From contig NW_002060958.1 of NCBI RefSeq assembly GCF_000150275.1, positions 1,320,088-1,384,087 on the forward strand: DNA of 64,000 bases. Direction: 5' to 3'. Positions 37,740 through 52,800 of the stretch are shown piece by piece (within the stretch, counting starts at the first letter, position 1; each line of letters starts with the position of its first letter). The position numbers and the translations under genes were made by a program. Under the pieces are notes generated by a model that was not told the origin of the DNA, made no database searches, and saw only the letters and a program-made list of their open reading frames with translations. The stretch comes from Trichoplax adhaerens (lineage: Eukaryota; Animalia; Placozoa).

Positions 37740-40700
37740 TTACAGGTTCTTCTTTTTCCCTTTCGATTTACTCTTTCTAAGTTTCTTGCCCTTTACTATT
37801 TTTAGTTTCTTTTTTATTTGACCACGTTTTCTTTTGCTAGACTGTGTAACCAAATATTCAGTTTAATGGTAAGAAGAATAATTTATATCAATTTCATTAA
37901 AGAATTTATCATGTAGTATTAAATACCTTTTTACTATAATATTTAGTTTTCTTTTTGATGCCACTTTCATGTCGCTTAATTTGTAAACTTTTTACACGAT
38001 TGTTTGGCTCTCGGACTCTACGAAATTAATGTGATTGATATATGTTGTAATACATATTAATTCGGTTACACTATGTCATGAGACGATACTGTGTACGTAG
38101 TAAACTATTACAATCCATGTATTCTAGTTAATTATAGGTTCTCACTTGTAAATACGAACGAGCCAGTGTTCTGTAGTATAAGCTTCTTCAAGGACGTCCA
38201 GTGTAAAATCTTTATTTCCAATCTCAGCATTTCGGGTTCTATCATAGCCACTTGGGGTTCTAAAATCCATCTAAGTTGAACAAAGACATAGTTTTAATTA
38301 TTACGTTGCTTATAATCAATGATTATTCAACTACTAGAGTCACTACCACATTAAAATCTTATCTAAGTTGTCAAGCTACCTGCATTAATCCAAACTTCCA
38401 ATACGACATCTTGTACATTAAACAATTTAATAGTGTTGGTGAACCTAAACGATCAACTCTAAATTCTCCATTTGGTGTAAAATATTCCGATTCCTAAATT
38501 GAAATAAGTAAAACTTGAGCAAAATTTTTCATAGCGATACTTATGCGTAAATGAATTTACATAAATGCTACATTGCAATATGTCAGAATATCAAAGGGTT
38601 ATAAATCTTACCTTAATTTCTTTTGGATGTTCACCTTCCGCTATTCTTACCATCCACAAAAATTTGTTAATATCATCACCACTATAGCCGATCGCCCCAC
38701 CAAATATAATTAATACATAATCGACATCAAGTTCCCTCATAATTTTGTAAGCAGCGGTTTCATTTGATGACATTGCTTTGCCAACCTATAACATAGATAA
38801 AAGTGGCTTCAATTAATTTAACCAATAAATCAACACAACTAGTTATAAGCCAAGTTGTAGGGTTATACCAGTGCAATATGGCTGTTATTCCATGTATTAT
38901 TATCTACAAGAGTTGTTCTATTTGCCATGCCAGCAATTTGATAACCATAATCCCACCAGGACATAATTCTGTAACATTTTAGGTAATTCATTAAATTTTA
39001 GGTGTGAACAGTAGGAGAATAATTCACAATCTGGTTAGAGTACCTTGCATTTTCGTGCGTGTTTTGGCGTAGCCAATAATATGCTTCTCTAAAATCGTCA
39101 AGAACCGTTCTACTCCTGATATCACGAGTATCACATAGTAACAATAAGTGACTTTATTTTCCAAACAGTAATTTATTGCTATGAATATATAACTTAATGC
39201 TAACCCATCAGGATTACTTGATGCTAAAACTACAGATGGACTAGAATATGCAGAGCCAGTCACCCAAGTGCTATGGACTGCAAACATCATTAATAGCATA
39301 GCAAGCACCATGACGACCATACTTTTAGTATTAGCTCCTACATCACCAATGTAAAATTTAGATCGAGTCTTTGATTTCGTTTCCTAATCAGAATAAATTC
39401 TCTGTCACTATTTCATCGTAGGAAAAATGATGTATAGAAATATTGTCATGATAACTACCTCCTTTTGCTTAGCTTTATCCCTTTTCCTTGGGGACACAAT
39501 CTCTTTCTTTTCTTTCTCTGATTCGTCACCTTCTTCTTCATCTTCATCGTAATACAAATATTTATCGAATGTTGTCGAAAACGCAATGGATGATAGTATG
39601 ATAACAACGGGAGTCAAGGTAAGCATAAGTCGAACCATCACGCCAGCAAAATAGACAGCTGATACAGCGTATAAAACGACTGCAAGAAAGACGTGAATAT
39701 AATATTGAAATCAAAAACTTGCAATATTAGGTAGTAAGTAGTAGCAAACTTAAATTAAAATGTATAAACAACTTACTAAAGGCCCTTTCATCATTAATGT
39801 TATTGATTAATAGCCAAACACCATAGGGAAACATGCATATGTTGATGTGAAGATCGAAGAAAAAGGAAACCCATGTCGTTGGTTGATGCTCTGATACAGA
39901 CGCAATGATTGGAATGTGTACTTTGGCGTAACTAGTTTTTATTAATAAATGAGTTAAACATAATGTATGCATATGCATATTATTCAAATCGAGTCTACTG
40001 TATGATAATTTGTCTTATTTCTCTCACCCGGTATCCCAAAGTGAATAAAATCGACCGCTCCAAGGGGCAATATAACCTAAAAGATGTTTACAACAAGCAC
40101 GTACGTAATTCTAGCAATCAGCAATGTCAAGTACATACTGTATATACTGTAAGATAAACTACGTCTAGTACCTGCATATGTGAGTGTAACAACAACGAGA
40201 AATACAAATCCAGCAGCTCCAACCGTAGCGAACAAGATGAGTCTACCAAGGTTAACAGCAGTCGAATTGGATTTGATAAATAAAAGAGCAGAGTAGGCTT
40301 GCAGTAAAGCGAAAACACCTGAAATAGGTTATAGAAATATTTAAATAACTCAAGCATCAGATCTGTGTAGTGATAACAAACGCATATTAAATTAAGTTAA
40401 AATAATACAGGCACTATAACAATTCAATAACCTGCAGCAGCCATGTGCTCGCTCGTTCGCACAGGTTGAAATCCAACAAATGGAATTTGCATGGACATGA
40501 TCAATCCCAATATGAAAAAGCTCGTATAAGCTTTATTGAGAAAGAATATAAGAAATTGTAAGAATTAGTTATAAATAAAAAGAATGAACCGTTTCCACTT
40601 TCAACCTACAAGAGCAGTATAATGCGAATTACTGATTGAACTTGTACGAATACTGCAGATTTTTATAGCGATCAGATTCTTACCTATGTATATGCGCTTT

Positions 40701-43322
40701 GAGTACCTGCCCATTAGCAGTAAAACGAAAACATGCAGAGGTATCAAGTTAATAATAAAAACATAGCCACCCCATGCAGATACCTGTAATATATAAAACA
40801 ATTAGTGTATCGTCTAAAATTTTGTTACTTCTAATGTAATTGATATTTGTGTTTCTCACCATATAAAAATAAGACAGCGCAGTGCAACTTGACCAAAATA
40901 AAGACCCAGTTTTGATCGATTTAATCTGTAATCATTATTGATAATAACGTTATAGTACGATGAGTATCATAACAGTAGCAGTTGTAGTAAAAGTTAGATA
41001 AATAAGCCATTTCTAATTCTAATGTTATGGTATCGTTGACTAATAAAAGCTCGACGAAATTGATATCAAAGTATTGAAACTTACCCACAGAAAGTAGGTA
41101 AAGATTAAGGCGAAGATAGCTATGCCTTCGTTATCATAAGAACCAGCAACAGAACGTGATGTGTAGCCAGGTACGATAGCCATCATGACAGCGGCCAATA
41201 AACCAGCCCTTTCATTCCATAACTCTCTTGTTAAACCATAAGCAGCTAAGGACGTAAATCCACTAAATCATGGCATAGTGAACAATATTAATGATTCTAC
41301 AAATAATTTATACGCCAAATAATTGAACAAGATATTGTATTCATTCCATCTACCAAAGTTTTCGACATTTAAACTACCTGAAAATTGGAGCTAGGAATAC
41401 ACAAATATCACGAATATGAATGGATATGTTAAGACTGTTAAGGATGAAATGAATGCTACTAGCAGTTATCATCAGTCCAGGGTAGACCTAAGCCAAAATG
41501 AAAAAAATAATGTCATTCATTACCTTTTTGATACTAATTCAATTACGGTGGAAGCTATTCAACTTTTGTACAACTTACGGTTCCACCGACAATTCTGCCC
41601 AACGGATACCAAGCACGTTCATCAAACCAATTGAGGAAATTGTAAAATCCATTTTCAGCCATATGATGTGTCGCACGATAATTGAACCTTTTACAAACGT
41701 AGAAGGCAATAACGTTAAAAATGAGGCAGTTTACTGTATCATGGCTTCTACATGACTGCAAATGTCTGTAATATCGTATCCTTTGCACGCGATCAAGGGG
41801 TGTTAAGCGAGCGAGTTTTATCTCATTATGGACTTGTACACAATGTAATACCGTTCATGACGTGCGCTAGTTCAATGGAGTCCTGTTAACGTAGAAATTA
41901 TCCACCAGGATTCACGTTCTATATAGACCGATTGATAGCTTATTTTGTAGCAACTAAAACAGATCAGGCTATTGAATTCACCCTGTTCTTCAATTAGGAT
42001 CACCTATCAACTACTACTCGGTATGTATTTGCTTCGAGGATTTGTTTTGTAGGTCAATACGAGCATGCTAAAAATTTATTCTATCGTACCCTAAGTCTTA
42101 CTGCCTATAGCCAATGACACGAGCATACTATTCTACCTCGATATTTATAAAGCACTAAAATGTAAAATGTAGTAGTAAATGCATTGTCTATCCAAGTCGT
42201 GGACAGTTGATTGTATCAAGATTTTAATGATTCAGTACATATTGGTGATAAGAAGTAAACCCAATTAGTCATGTTTCATGGAGTGGAGAAGATCAGATTG
42301 TCTATTGTGATCTGATTGTGATCTATCGAATGATGAAGATTTACGGGTAAAAAGCTCAATCGATCAAACAAGTATGATCAGCATTGCATCCATTGATTAT
42401 AATACCATGGTATGGAGTGGAGAAGATCAGATTGTCTATTGTGATCTGATTGTGATCTATCGAATGATGATGATTTACGGCTAAAAAGCTCAATCGATCA
42501 AACAAGTATGATCAGCATTGCATCCATTGATTATAATACCATGGTATTAAGTGGAGAAGATCAGATTGTCTATTGTGATCTGATTGTGATCTATCGAATG
42601 ATGATGATTTACGGGTAAAAAGCTCAATCGATCAAACAAGTATGATCAGCATTGCATCCATTGATTATAATACCATGGTATAGAGTGGAGAAGATCAGAT
42701 TGTCTATTGTGATCGGATTGTGATCTGTCGAATGATGATGATTTACGGGTAAAAGCCAAATAGATCAAACAAGTATGATAAGCATTGCATCCATTAATTA
42801 TAATACCATCGTATTGGAAGTTGTAGAACAAGACAACAGCTTGACTAAAGACAAGCCCTATTTCCCTCCTGTTCTTGCCATCCTTGATTGAAGGCTACAA
42901 TTTGAACTAATTTGCCCATGGGTAATTACTATGTTATCTGATGGTACAAAAGAGGCGAATAAAAGAATTAGATACTGTCATTCTAAGATTCAATAACGTG
43001 GCTACCTATTCGACTGTCGTTGACTCCGTTTTAAAATAAAAAAGAACAGTCGACAGCCATTGATTCAAGTCAAGAGCAAACTGTATTCGCGCTATCATTG
43101 TGGTTGAAGACAAGTGTAAGCATGACGGAAAAAGACGCATTCTACAGGCAATCAAGCGTTTACTGACCATGGATCGAATTCATGGATAATACTCTCGAAT
43201 CGGATGACCGCAAACAACCTTGAAGCAAATCCTAGTAGACAGCATGATGTCAGCACAATAATCACGAGTAATGATTTAAACCCAGCTAAGCTTTTTTCCG
43301 CCGCTATCATTTGGTCCGCCAT
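37740..43322 (-). CDS. STT3B: Oligosaccharyltransferase catalytic subunit STT3B
   Basis: [19 protein letters not shown]|[73 protein letters not shown] and [10 protein letters not shown]. Lys-rich tail ending KKKNL* (KKxx ER-retrieval type). Confidence 0.96.
42281..42815. repeat. Tandem repeat, 134-bp unit x4, in STT3B intron 1
   Basis: Units start at 42281, 42415, 42549 and 42683 (GAGTGGAGAAGATCAGATTGTCTATTGTGATC...). Confidence 0.95.
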
Positions 43323-43809
43323 ATTGGATTCAAACCAATGTGCTGCTGGTAACGTCGAGGCACAATAAGAGCTCAACGTGCCTTTCTTTCTGGTCGACAC
43401 TTGGGGAGTGCAGTGCGCCTGTGCAATGGAACTACTTGAGATCGACATGACACACCGCACCGCCAATGGCTCATACTGGAGACACTGGACGGTGGACCGT
43501 GGACAGTAGAGTACAGTTCTGCCGTTATGCTGTACTGTATGACAAAAGGAAAGCAAGGTCAATTTTGGACGATAATTACTTCTTATCATGACTCATTAGG
43601 GTAGAATGGAACGGCAGACTCAATTTCGTGCTGTTCCTAGTATTCTCTACCTCATTTTTGGACTCATTTAGCACAGTACTACCTCCGAAAATGGAATTTC
43701 TACCGAACTGGACGCTCACTGTACGAGTACACAGTCTACAGTGTACAGTATAGTACACTGTAAACGGTACTGTAGCAAAATGTTGGCTATCTGGACTAGA
43801 CTTGAGACC

Positions 43810-43844
43810 GGTTCGGTTCGGTTCGGTTCGGTTCGGTTCGGTTC
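43810..43844. repeat. (GGTTC)7 microsatellite upstream of STT3B
   Basis: Seven perfect GGTTC units. Confidence 0.97.
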
Positions 43845-43894
43845 AATATCTTTATGATCTATGTTCTAGACATCGTGCAGTATGGGAAATGAGA

Positions 43895-44676
43895 ATATTT
43901 CATCAACTCAGCGGTAGTTCCATTTGAATTAAAATGGAGGCCATCAATGTTGCTAGTAAATTGACTCATTTCGATAGCAACGAATGTTCATCGTCCTTCG
44001 TTGACTTCCAACGAGTTCAATGAGTAATAGACTACAACCCTTTGGATAAAATAAAATGAATTTGCGAGTAAAGAATATCCACACAGGAGGTTGATATTTT
44101 ATCAACTGAACGGTAGTTGCATTCGAATTGAACTTGAGGCCATCGATGTGGCCAGTAAATTGACTCATTTCGATAGCAACGAATGTTCATCGTTGACTTC
44201 CAACGAGTTCAATGAGTATAGACTACAACTCTTTGGATAAAATAAAATGGATTTGCGAGTAAAGAATATCCACACAGGAGGTTGATATTTCATCAACTGA
44301 ACGGTAGTTGCATTCGAATTGAACTTGAGGCCATCCATGTGGCCAGTAAATTGACTCATTTCGATAGCAACGAATGTTCATCGTTGACTTCCAACGAGTT
44401 CTATGAGTATAGACTACAACCCTTTGGATAAAATAAAATGGATTTGCGAGTAAAGAATATCCACTCAGTAGGTTGATATTTCATCAACTGAACGGTAGTT
44501 GCATTCGAATTGAACTTGAGGCCGTCCATGTGGCCAGTAAATTGACTCATTTCGATAGCAACGAATGTTCATCGTCCTTCGGTGACTTTCAACGAGTTCA
44601 ATGAGTAATAGACGACAACCCTTTGGATAAAATAAAATGGACGTGCAAGGAAAGAATATCCACACAGGAGGTTGAC
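43895..44676. repeat. Tandem repeat, 191-199-bp unit x4
   Basis: ATCAACT anchor at 43902, 44101, 44292 and 44483. Confidence 0.95.
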
Positions 44677-45402
44677 ATGCGTTCATACTGGACGCTATAT
44701 ACCATTCCATGAATCTTTCCTTGTTCATACTGTCTTTACGAGTACCGTATATATTGCTACGGTGTTAAGAATGCCGTTGTCTTTGCAACAATCCAGATGA
44801 CCACTACGCTCATAAAAATCAATCAGTTCAAACGAAACATCCTTGGCCTTCCAAATTACTGTACTACTAGCTAATTTTAGTAATTGAGTGTATTTTAACG
44901 GAATCAAGATGATCTTGTACATTCAACTCTGCAACTACGGTAGATCGTTTAATGGATGGTATCTAGAATCTCCAGGATGAGGCATTGCACCATTGGCAAT
45001 GTTTCGTGGGCCTTCACTACTGCCTGTTCGACAATTCTACTGTCCTGTATAGTGTACAGTGTACTGGAAGTGGTCCTTGAGCGCGCAGTCCAGTCCAGTC
45101 TATATGAGTAACTTCAACACACTTTATGTCAATTTAAATTACATATTCGCATAAAGTGTCTTTTTTCCAATCAAATGATACCAAATTTGTCGAATAAGGA
45201 CTTAAAATTATAATTTCATATAGTTTCAATCGTCGGGAAAGACTGTTGAGGCACGCTCTCTACTGTAGACCTTTTACCCGACAGAACATGTAATAAAGTC
45301 ACCGCTACGTCCATGCACGTCAAAGAGCCTATGCATTTGTATTATAAAAATAAAAAAATGGATACATCATACTGCAGTACCAAAATAGTATTGTGCACAT
45401 TC

Positions 45403-45886
45403 TGCAATCTGATTCATTTCGATGGCTCTCTGAAAAGATAGAATTGTGGAAGTTCAATCAGGCCTAAACTACATCACTTCTATATGTAGTTGTATCAGTG
45501 GAGATATCCTTCTACAGCTATATTTATAAATATCATACAGGAATTTCAACGGAATACAACTTTGATTCTTGAACGAAGGATAGAATTGTAGAAGTTCAAT
45601 CAGGCCTAAACTAGATCAATTCTATATGTAGTTGTATCTGTGGAGATATCCTTCTACGGCTATATATAAAAATCATACAGGAATTTCAACGGAATACAAC
45701 TTTGATTTTTGAACGAAGGATAGAATTGTAGAAGTTCAATTAGGCCTAAACTAGATCACTTCTACATGGAGTTGTATCTGTGGAGAAATTCTTCTACAGC
45801 TATATATAAATATTATACAGGAATTTTAATGGAATACAACTTTGATTTTTGAACGAAGAAGTGCCATCGAAAATAGTCAGACTATA
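45403..45886. mobile_element. MITE-like element with an internal ~141-bp x3 tandem array
   Basis: Imperfect inverted termini TGCAATCTGATTCATTTCGATGGC / GCCATCGAAAATAGTCAGACTATA. Internal units at 45439, 45581 and 45721. Confidence 0.6.
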
Positions 45887-46872
45887 AATACTAAATTGGT
45901 CCAAAAATGACCAGATTAATGAACGAATCGGAACGGACGAGCGATCAAGCAGAATGATGATATGGTGGCACAATGGTATAAGAGCATTCTTACCTAGAAA
46001 CAGTCATGAAGTAAAATTCCTTCAAAATGATAAAGCAGTAGTATAAGGAATCACTATCGCTTTTTGGCCTACATTCATAGCAAAACCTGTCTTGATCGAT
46101 GGAACTACCAATATCATAGGCTTATGCTTTGTAGAAGCATTCCTACTCTATTCTCTCTCTGATGGCATAGCTCTATCTTTGTAACAACACCTAATTACAT
46201 GTATTCATAATTGGACAATAAATATACCTCTATCCTCATCAATCTACGAACATCTTTTCCATTTGAACTAATTATTATTACTAGCGTAACATTGATCTGG
46301 TCAAGGTCTTCTATATGTGATAGACGTTTTATTTTGACGGTAGTTTATTGTACACTGTATGAGAACTACGAGCATTTTACAGACAGATTCAATTTTTGAA
46401 TCGACGTTTGTAATAGCAAATTTAATTTTTATTTATGTCCTTTTGGTTAATAATACAGTACAGTACTGTATACATAAAAATGGTTGTAGAGAGAGCAGTC
46501 AATTTCATTTATATGTTGATTAAAGCATCTGACAGTAACATTGCTGTATGATAGGATTGATAGACTATATATACTCGTACTTGTATTAGTCATAAATAAA
46601 TAGGATAATACAATGAATTAAAAGGTAGTCAGCATACATCGACATACTGCTTCTCATACTACTGTATGTCCTGTTACTGTTAAGATTTCAAGCGTTTCTC
46701 TTCATTTATTTTTAGTAAATCAATTAATACGGCAATTCTGGTTATACTCCGAGTACTAAAGTCTAAACCTTTCCAATCCGTGACGGTAAAACTGTCGTCA
46801 CGTTAATGCACCAGCTACGCTGATTATATCCACCTGCGCTCACACTCTATCAGGGGTTTCCATCACATGCTT

Positions 46873-46985
46873 ATCCATCCGTATCCCGCAGTCTCTTATA
46901 AAATACACACCTTATCACAATTTCAATTAATCCATCCGTATCCCCCAGTCTCTTATAGAATACACACCTTATCCCAATTTCAATC
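46873..46985. repeat. 57-bp tandem duplication
   Basis: ATCCATCCGTATCCC... at 46873 and 46930. Confidence 0.9.
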
Positions 46986-47344
46986 AATGTACATCCATTT
47001 AGATTTTGTCGTATCCAAAACGTTGCTCACCGGTATACATATAAACGCCACTGTAAAATAATATCAATCGGCTAATAAAAGTGCCACGTAGTATTTGGTG
47101 TGTAAAACGATATTTATATGCGTAAATAAACGTAAGTAGTTTGAAATGCTACTAACTTGGTGTAGAAGGTATCAGTGCTATCGAAAATTAACTCTGTTAA
47201 CTCTGCACATAAAAACTCTACACCGCGATACAAAAACATCACCCGGCTTATGCAGATGCTAATTTGGTATAGAAACGCTGCTGACCCTGGACTAAACTAA
47301 TCTCTCATACAAGTCTAGAAATGAATCAGGAACTACCATCGAGA

Positions 47345-47505
47345 GAATTTGAGCAGTGAGCATTTCCATTTAGATAAACTACTGTTAGAAGTCAATTATG
47401 CTCAAGCCGTTCAGTGTTTTCCTACGGCTCGAACATAGTATTTCAGAGGCCAGCTGTACTGTAGTGGTAAATGGGTGAACGGGCATTTCTCTCCTCCTTC
47501 CCTCA
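47345..47505 (+). mobile_element. Possible degraded non-LTR retrotransposon RT fragment
   Basis: Frameshifted fragments EHFHLDKLLLE...EASCTVVVNG...HFSPP loosely resemble LINE RT motifs. Weak. Confidence 0.2.
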
Positions 47506-49830
47506 ACTAAAGAATACGAAAGGAGAATTTCGTTCCGCATCGAATAATTAGGAAAGCAGTGACTTTAGTCATGAACTTTTCAAAAATAATACCTGGATGT
47601 CTTTCGTAGTATAAACATGGAACGGTACTGAACATTGAGCAGTTGGCAAGTCGTTCATTCTCGAAACTAGGAGTTCTATGATTAAACGGAAGTAGGTTAA
47701 GACAGCACTTACAATAATTTACAGTCGAAATTTTATTAACTCGATTAAAGTAAATGTATCAAATGAGAACAATTTTACTATCCTGATCAACTAATATCTA
47801 ATAGGCGCAGCTACAATGCGGTATTTGCGGTTAGAAGTAGAAACTATCTACCCACCTATCATTGTTAAGTGCTGTAAAGAAACAGTTTCAGTGAACTGAC
47901 AAGGCCTAACATTGCCTTAAAAATGAATTAAGAAAGTCAGGAAAAATGGTAAACACTATCAAAGATGTCAATATTAACCTAATTACAAGACTATGTTGTA
48001 TTGCTTTCCTCTATGGAGTCACAAAACACTGTAGTTCGTGACATGCTGTACTCTGTAAGCGTTGATCTGATAATTTTTATCTTTGTCCATGAATGGCTTG
48101 AAAATAAATTGATGTAAAAAATAAAAGCTATCGTTGATAATCGTTATTATTCATTCATCATACGATATGATGATGTCATCTCAACACGGAGGAGAAAATT
48201 GAGACATTGTAATTAAATCAATGGATCGGAAGGGAAGCATTATAGTCATTCTATTTTACGCTATTGGCTGCGAATAAAAGTAACCATGCTGCTATCAAAT
48301 CAGATTCATTTACACCGGAATTTAGCTAACACGCTGATAGATAATTATATCTTAGTGATATGTATAGATAGAAGATATAAATGATTCATGGGCCAGGATC
48401 GAGTGGGTTGTTCATTTTCATAAGTTGGATTTGAATCCAAATTGTTCGCAAAAGTAATCAACCAGAATTAAAATTAATTCAGTGATTGATTGACAAGGGT
48501 ACGATCTCGTTGTTGACAGAAACGTACAGAATAAATGTAAGGTAAGAATGTGTTGATATCTTAATCATGGAGTCGAATAATGAATAACAAAATATAGATA
48601 TACCTATTACTTTCACGTTCAAGTACACAGCTCTACAGTCGTAGAATATCAATATCAATCAATGATGCTGTAATAAAATGAATACTTTTCGCTAAGTTAC
48701 TACTTTAGACTATTTTTCTAATCGATAAATTATAGATATTCTTTATATTTCAAAATAAACTCCCCTAGTGGATGTATGAGGGTTTCAACATCAATATAAA
48801 GTCCTGAAGATAATCTGTCAAGGCGATCTTTATTTAATTGCATTTTACATTTTTGCCTCTTCTGTTGATTAGTGTTTATCATCCTGACTATTTGCCCTCA
48901 TCATTATACAGTAATTCATTTAGAAGAGTAATTACTGATCAGAAACACCAATGCTATTTATAGATCTGCCATTAAAATATCATTAACTACTTGTAATAGA
49001 TAGTTTCGATACGGAAGTAAGCAAAATACATTAAAAATGTTTACTACAGATTAGTATCGTGGCATCATGTAATTTATCATTTGGCATCAGTTTTTATTTC
49101 GTCTTTTAGATACTATTATTAAATTATTGACGTAATTATAGCTCCAACGCATTAAGATATAAGGCCATCATGAAGCTTCCTAATATTGTATATTATATAA
49201 TATGCTAACTTATCTAATTAACTTATTTGAGACAAAGCAGACGGGAAATAAGTTGTAAGTTGAACTATAAGCATTATGCCAATTTACTTGCTTGAAAGGT
49301 GAACTGTAATTGCCTTTAAAGAAACTAAAATACACATATTGTCTAATTCCTCTCATTTACTGATTCTTATATTTTCATGTTTATTGTTTTACTGCCGATA
49401 TTTACTTAGAATAAGATAGAATTACGTTAATTCAATAAATATCGTGGCGGTTGCAGGTTGTCTAACGTTGATAAAAGTTTTTTTTACTCTTACCGTGTTA
49501 GTATTTTCTGATAAAAGATAGTTTATAAGTAATTCTAATCTTTTCCATTTTAACGGATGACTTTTTTCAGAAAATTGATTAAAATTAACCCAAATTTATC
49601 GAGTTCTATTTTCTAACATAATATGCAAGGCTAAAAATGGCCATAAAGGATGAAATTTGATATTGTTGATACACTGATCTCGATTTAATTAGAATAACTG
49701 AAATATAGTTGATATGTATATGTTATACTGAATACAGACAAGAGTTTAAGCATTAATCTTGTCCCGTTGTTGTAGATAATATTTTGATATCAATTAAACT
49801 GCTTTATTTACATTCATGATTTTATCTAGG

Positions 49831-52800
49831 ATGAAGAAGAGAAATTTTAAATCCAAGAATAGACTCAGCAAATATTCTCAGCACAGCGCTCTAGTTGAAT
49901 CAGAAAGTATAGAGGACAGAAAAACAGCTTTGAAGGTTGGTTATATCTTCGTCATGTATTGTCGCAAGGGATGTTTCGCTTCTAAGTAGGTTGTCATCTC
50001 TTAACTAATCTATTTGGCTATATGACAAAATAATTTATTACGGCAGGAACAAGCTATATTGTTGCAAGGGATTTTCGATAAGTTAACTACTGAGACTAAC
50101 GAAGATATGATCATGAAGATGCTAGAATATAACATCGAATTACCCGAGGAAGAATCAGCGGTAAATCGCTACTTACGGTATCGCAGTGTTATGAACAGTA
50201 ACAAAGCAAATATATGTTGATAAATCGTCTTTTAGGTACATTTCATTTTATTATATAGGATTTTCTAAAGGTTTCATTTACTACATTTTATTAGAATATT
50301 TTAGAATTATGCATTTATGGCATGGCTTTTGGTGCAGAATTGATTTGTCCTCGTTGTCGCAGTGGTACCTTTTACGATTATGTTAATCGGTATATATATA
50401 TTCACATAGTGGAATATGTTAAGTTTAAATCGACGCTGCATTTAAGCTACAGCTAAGATTGATAGATCCATAAAAGTCTTTCCTCCTATAAAATTTTGTC
50501 GCCATGATCTATCTTAACTAATATTACAATCAAGTAATAGCTTCATATTTTTCTCTTTCAATTCAATAGTGGAAAAACGCAGTATAAAGCATGCAATCAC
50601 CCAGCCTGCAATCACAAGGTCAAGAGAGTAGACAAAAAGTCATGGAAGGTTCCTGATGATGCAAAAGCTCGATCACCATTTTTGTATGATCATGTTTCTA
50701 TCGTTGCAATGAAATTTCAATTTCGTAGTAGTAACTTTAGCAGCCTTATTTATGATATCATTTATTTGTAAGAATTATATTCATTTCTAAAACTATCGTT
50801 GCGTGCTAATAAATAAAATTAATTTAATAATGATATTAAAAGTAAATTGTGTTTTGTTTTCTGTTATAGGAGAGAATTTACATTTGTACCACATAAACGG
50901 ATACCAACCGAAGTTCTAAAAGGACATCAGGTTCTTTCAACACAAGGCAATGAATTATGCAGGTTAGTGTTGGCTTTAATTGAATGCTAATCGAGTTCCA
51001 GGTGATATAATATAATCTTTACGAACTGTAATCTTCAGTAAAGTAATATAAATTAAATCTACAATCTGCAATCGTACTTATGTTATTAAAAGGGAGAAAC
51101 TTTTATATATCAAGCCGTTGGGTGATATTCAAATCAGTATTATCGGGAATCTTAAACGAGACAAGGTATAGACTGATATATTTCAAGATTAAACAGTAAA
51201 TAGATTGGTTTAGTGACATACTAACTTAAGATGAAGTCTGGATAGATAGAAATGGACTACTGCCATGAAATATATTCATACTGTTAATTTTACTAGTTGA
51301 CCGCAATAGAGCAGTTAGAATACTTGGGAGCTTCCATTCATACAAAGATCTCAAGTTACATCGATCTCTGTATTTGTTCTCTTGGTCAGTGAATTCATCA
51401 ACGATTTTATTATAGAGATTAGTTAAAATTTTTTTCAAATTCAGGCAATAAGTATTAATACAAGCATTTGGTTTTATAGCGGAATTAGAATCAAATCATA
51501 ATGAATGGACGGAAATGAAAAATTTTAAGTTGCCTATTGTAGCTGAGGAATTTATCGATAGCTTTGGAAAAAGCAACAGACAAGATCTTAATACCCTTAT
51601 CTTAAAATATAATATAGCTGATTGGATTAGTAAAAAGGTAAATCTTCATGCCATTATTATAGTTAATAAAGCGCAAGTCATACGATCTTTAGGGTTTATA
51701 ATCTGTATAAATGAGAGTCTGATAATTAATTATGAAAATACTTATATTTAGGATATAAAAATTGCGAATCGACGTTATGGTACGTAAACTACTATTAAGC
51801 TTGCCTAATATAAGTTTGTAAATTATTTTATGTTATTGCAAGGTAAAAGCTATAAATTACGAAATACATTATTATTTTAATGCTTATGCTATAAATAGGG
51901 TACTATTCCACTAAAGTCTTTAGATCGTCAGAAAATCCAATCACGGATTCTCTGAAAGGTATCGTAGATCGTCGCTAATATTACGTTAGAAATTGCTGTA
52001 ACTAATTTATAATTTATGAGTGAGGGCGTGATAGGTAATATCACCAAACTGCGTACCTGATCTTTTGCTATAACTCAAAAATGAAATTCATTAATTACAG
52101 TTTTATTGTAAAAATATTAAATAACGGCACCGATAACTTATATTTTAAGCCTTAATTATCGCTGTCTATGTTTTCTGGAATTACTAGACATATCTCATTA
52201 ATAGCCTTATAAATTTTCAAAACACCGCATAATAAGATAAAGAAAACATGCATTGTCCGTAGTTGCTAAGCATACACTGAATAGCTTAACGCTTATATGT
52301 ATTAATAGTAATTCCAACATTATACTCGTGTATTGTTCTATAGGTCTGCATAAAAAATTTTGTGTTTTAGAAGAATCTGGTAATCTATATAGTACTGTAG
52401 TAGAACATAATGATGATGGACAATTACCAGCCCTAACAAAGTTGCAAGCCCTGGCTCATCTTACTTCCGATATGTTAGTACTGAATTAGATTGCAAATAT
52501 TTTGGGACTGCTTTATACTACCTACAGAAGTAATAATACTTAAAAATTTCTAGTCCCATAGCTTTATTGCTATCGTCTATGTAATATTTTAGGTTCTGTG
52601 TTGTTATCATTGATAATGATGAAGGCAGCCTTGATGAAAATTTTTATCGGTTTGAAGTTCAGGTAACGTTATCAACGCTAAGCAGCAATTTTACAATTAT
52701 AATAAAGGAAAAGATTTATTTATGGTAACGATTTCGTTGAATGACATTAATTAATGTAGTTTTTAAAGTATTTCTTCTGATATACAATAGCACTTCTATA

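Noticed and set aside
37536-41755. Plus-strand ORFs overlapping STT3B
   Set aside because: Antisense shadows of STT3B exons with no motifs.
43323-43589. N-terminal extension of STT3B in ORF 43152-43589
   Set aside because: No STT3 similarity before MADQM (43322); it reads like GC-richer promoter/5' UTR sequence.
42281-45860. Repeat arrays as CRISPR arrays or coding repeats (ORFs 42646, 43953, 44165, 44465)
   Set aside because: Head-to-tail units with no unique spacers, eukaryotic context and no cas genes; the ORFs are by-products that differ in frame between units.
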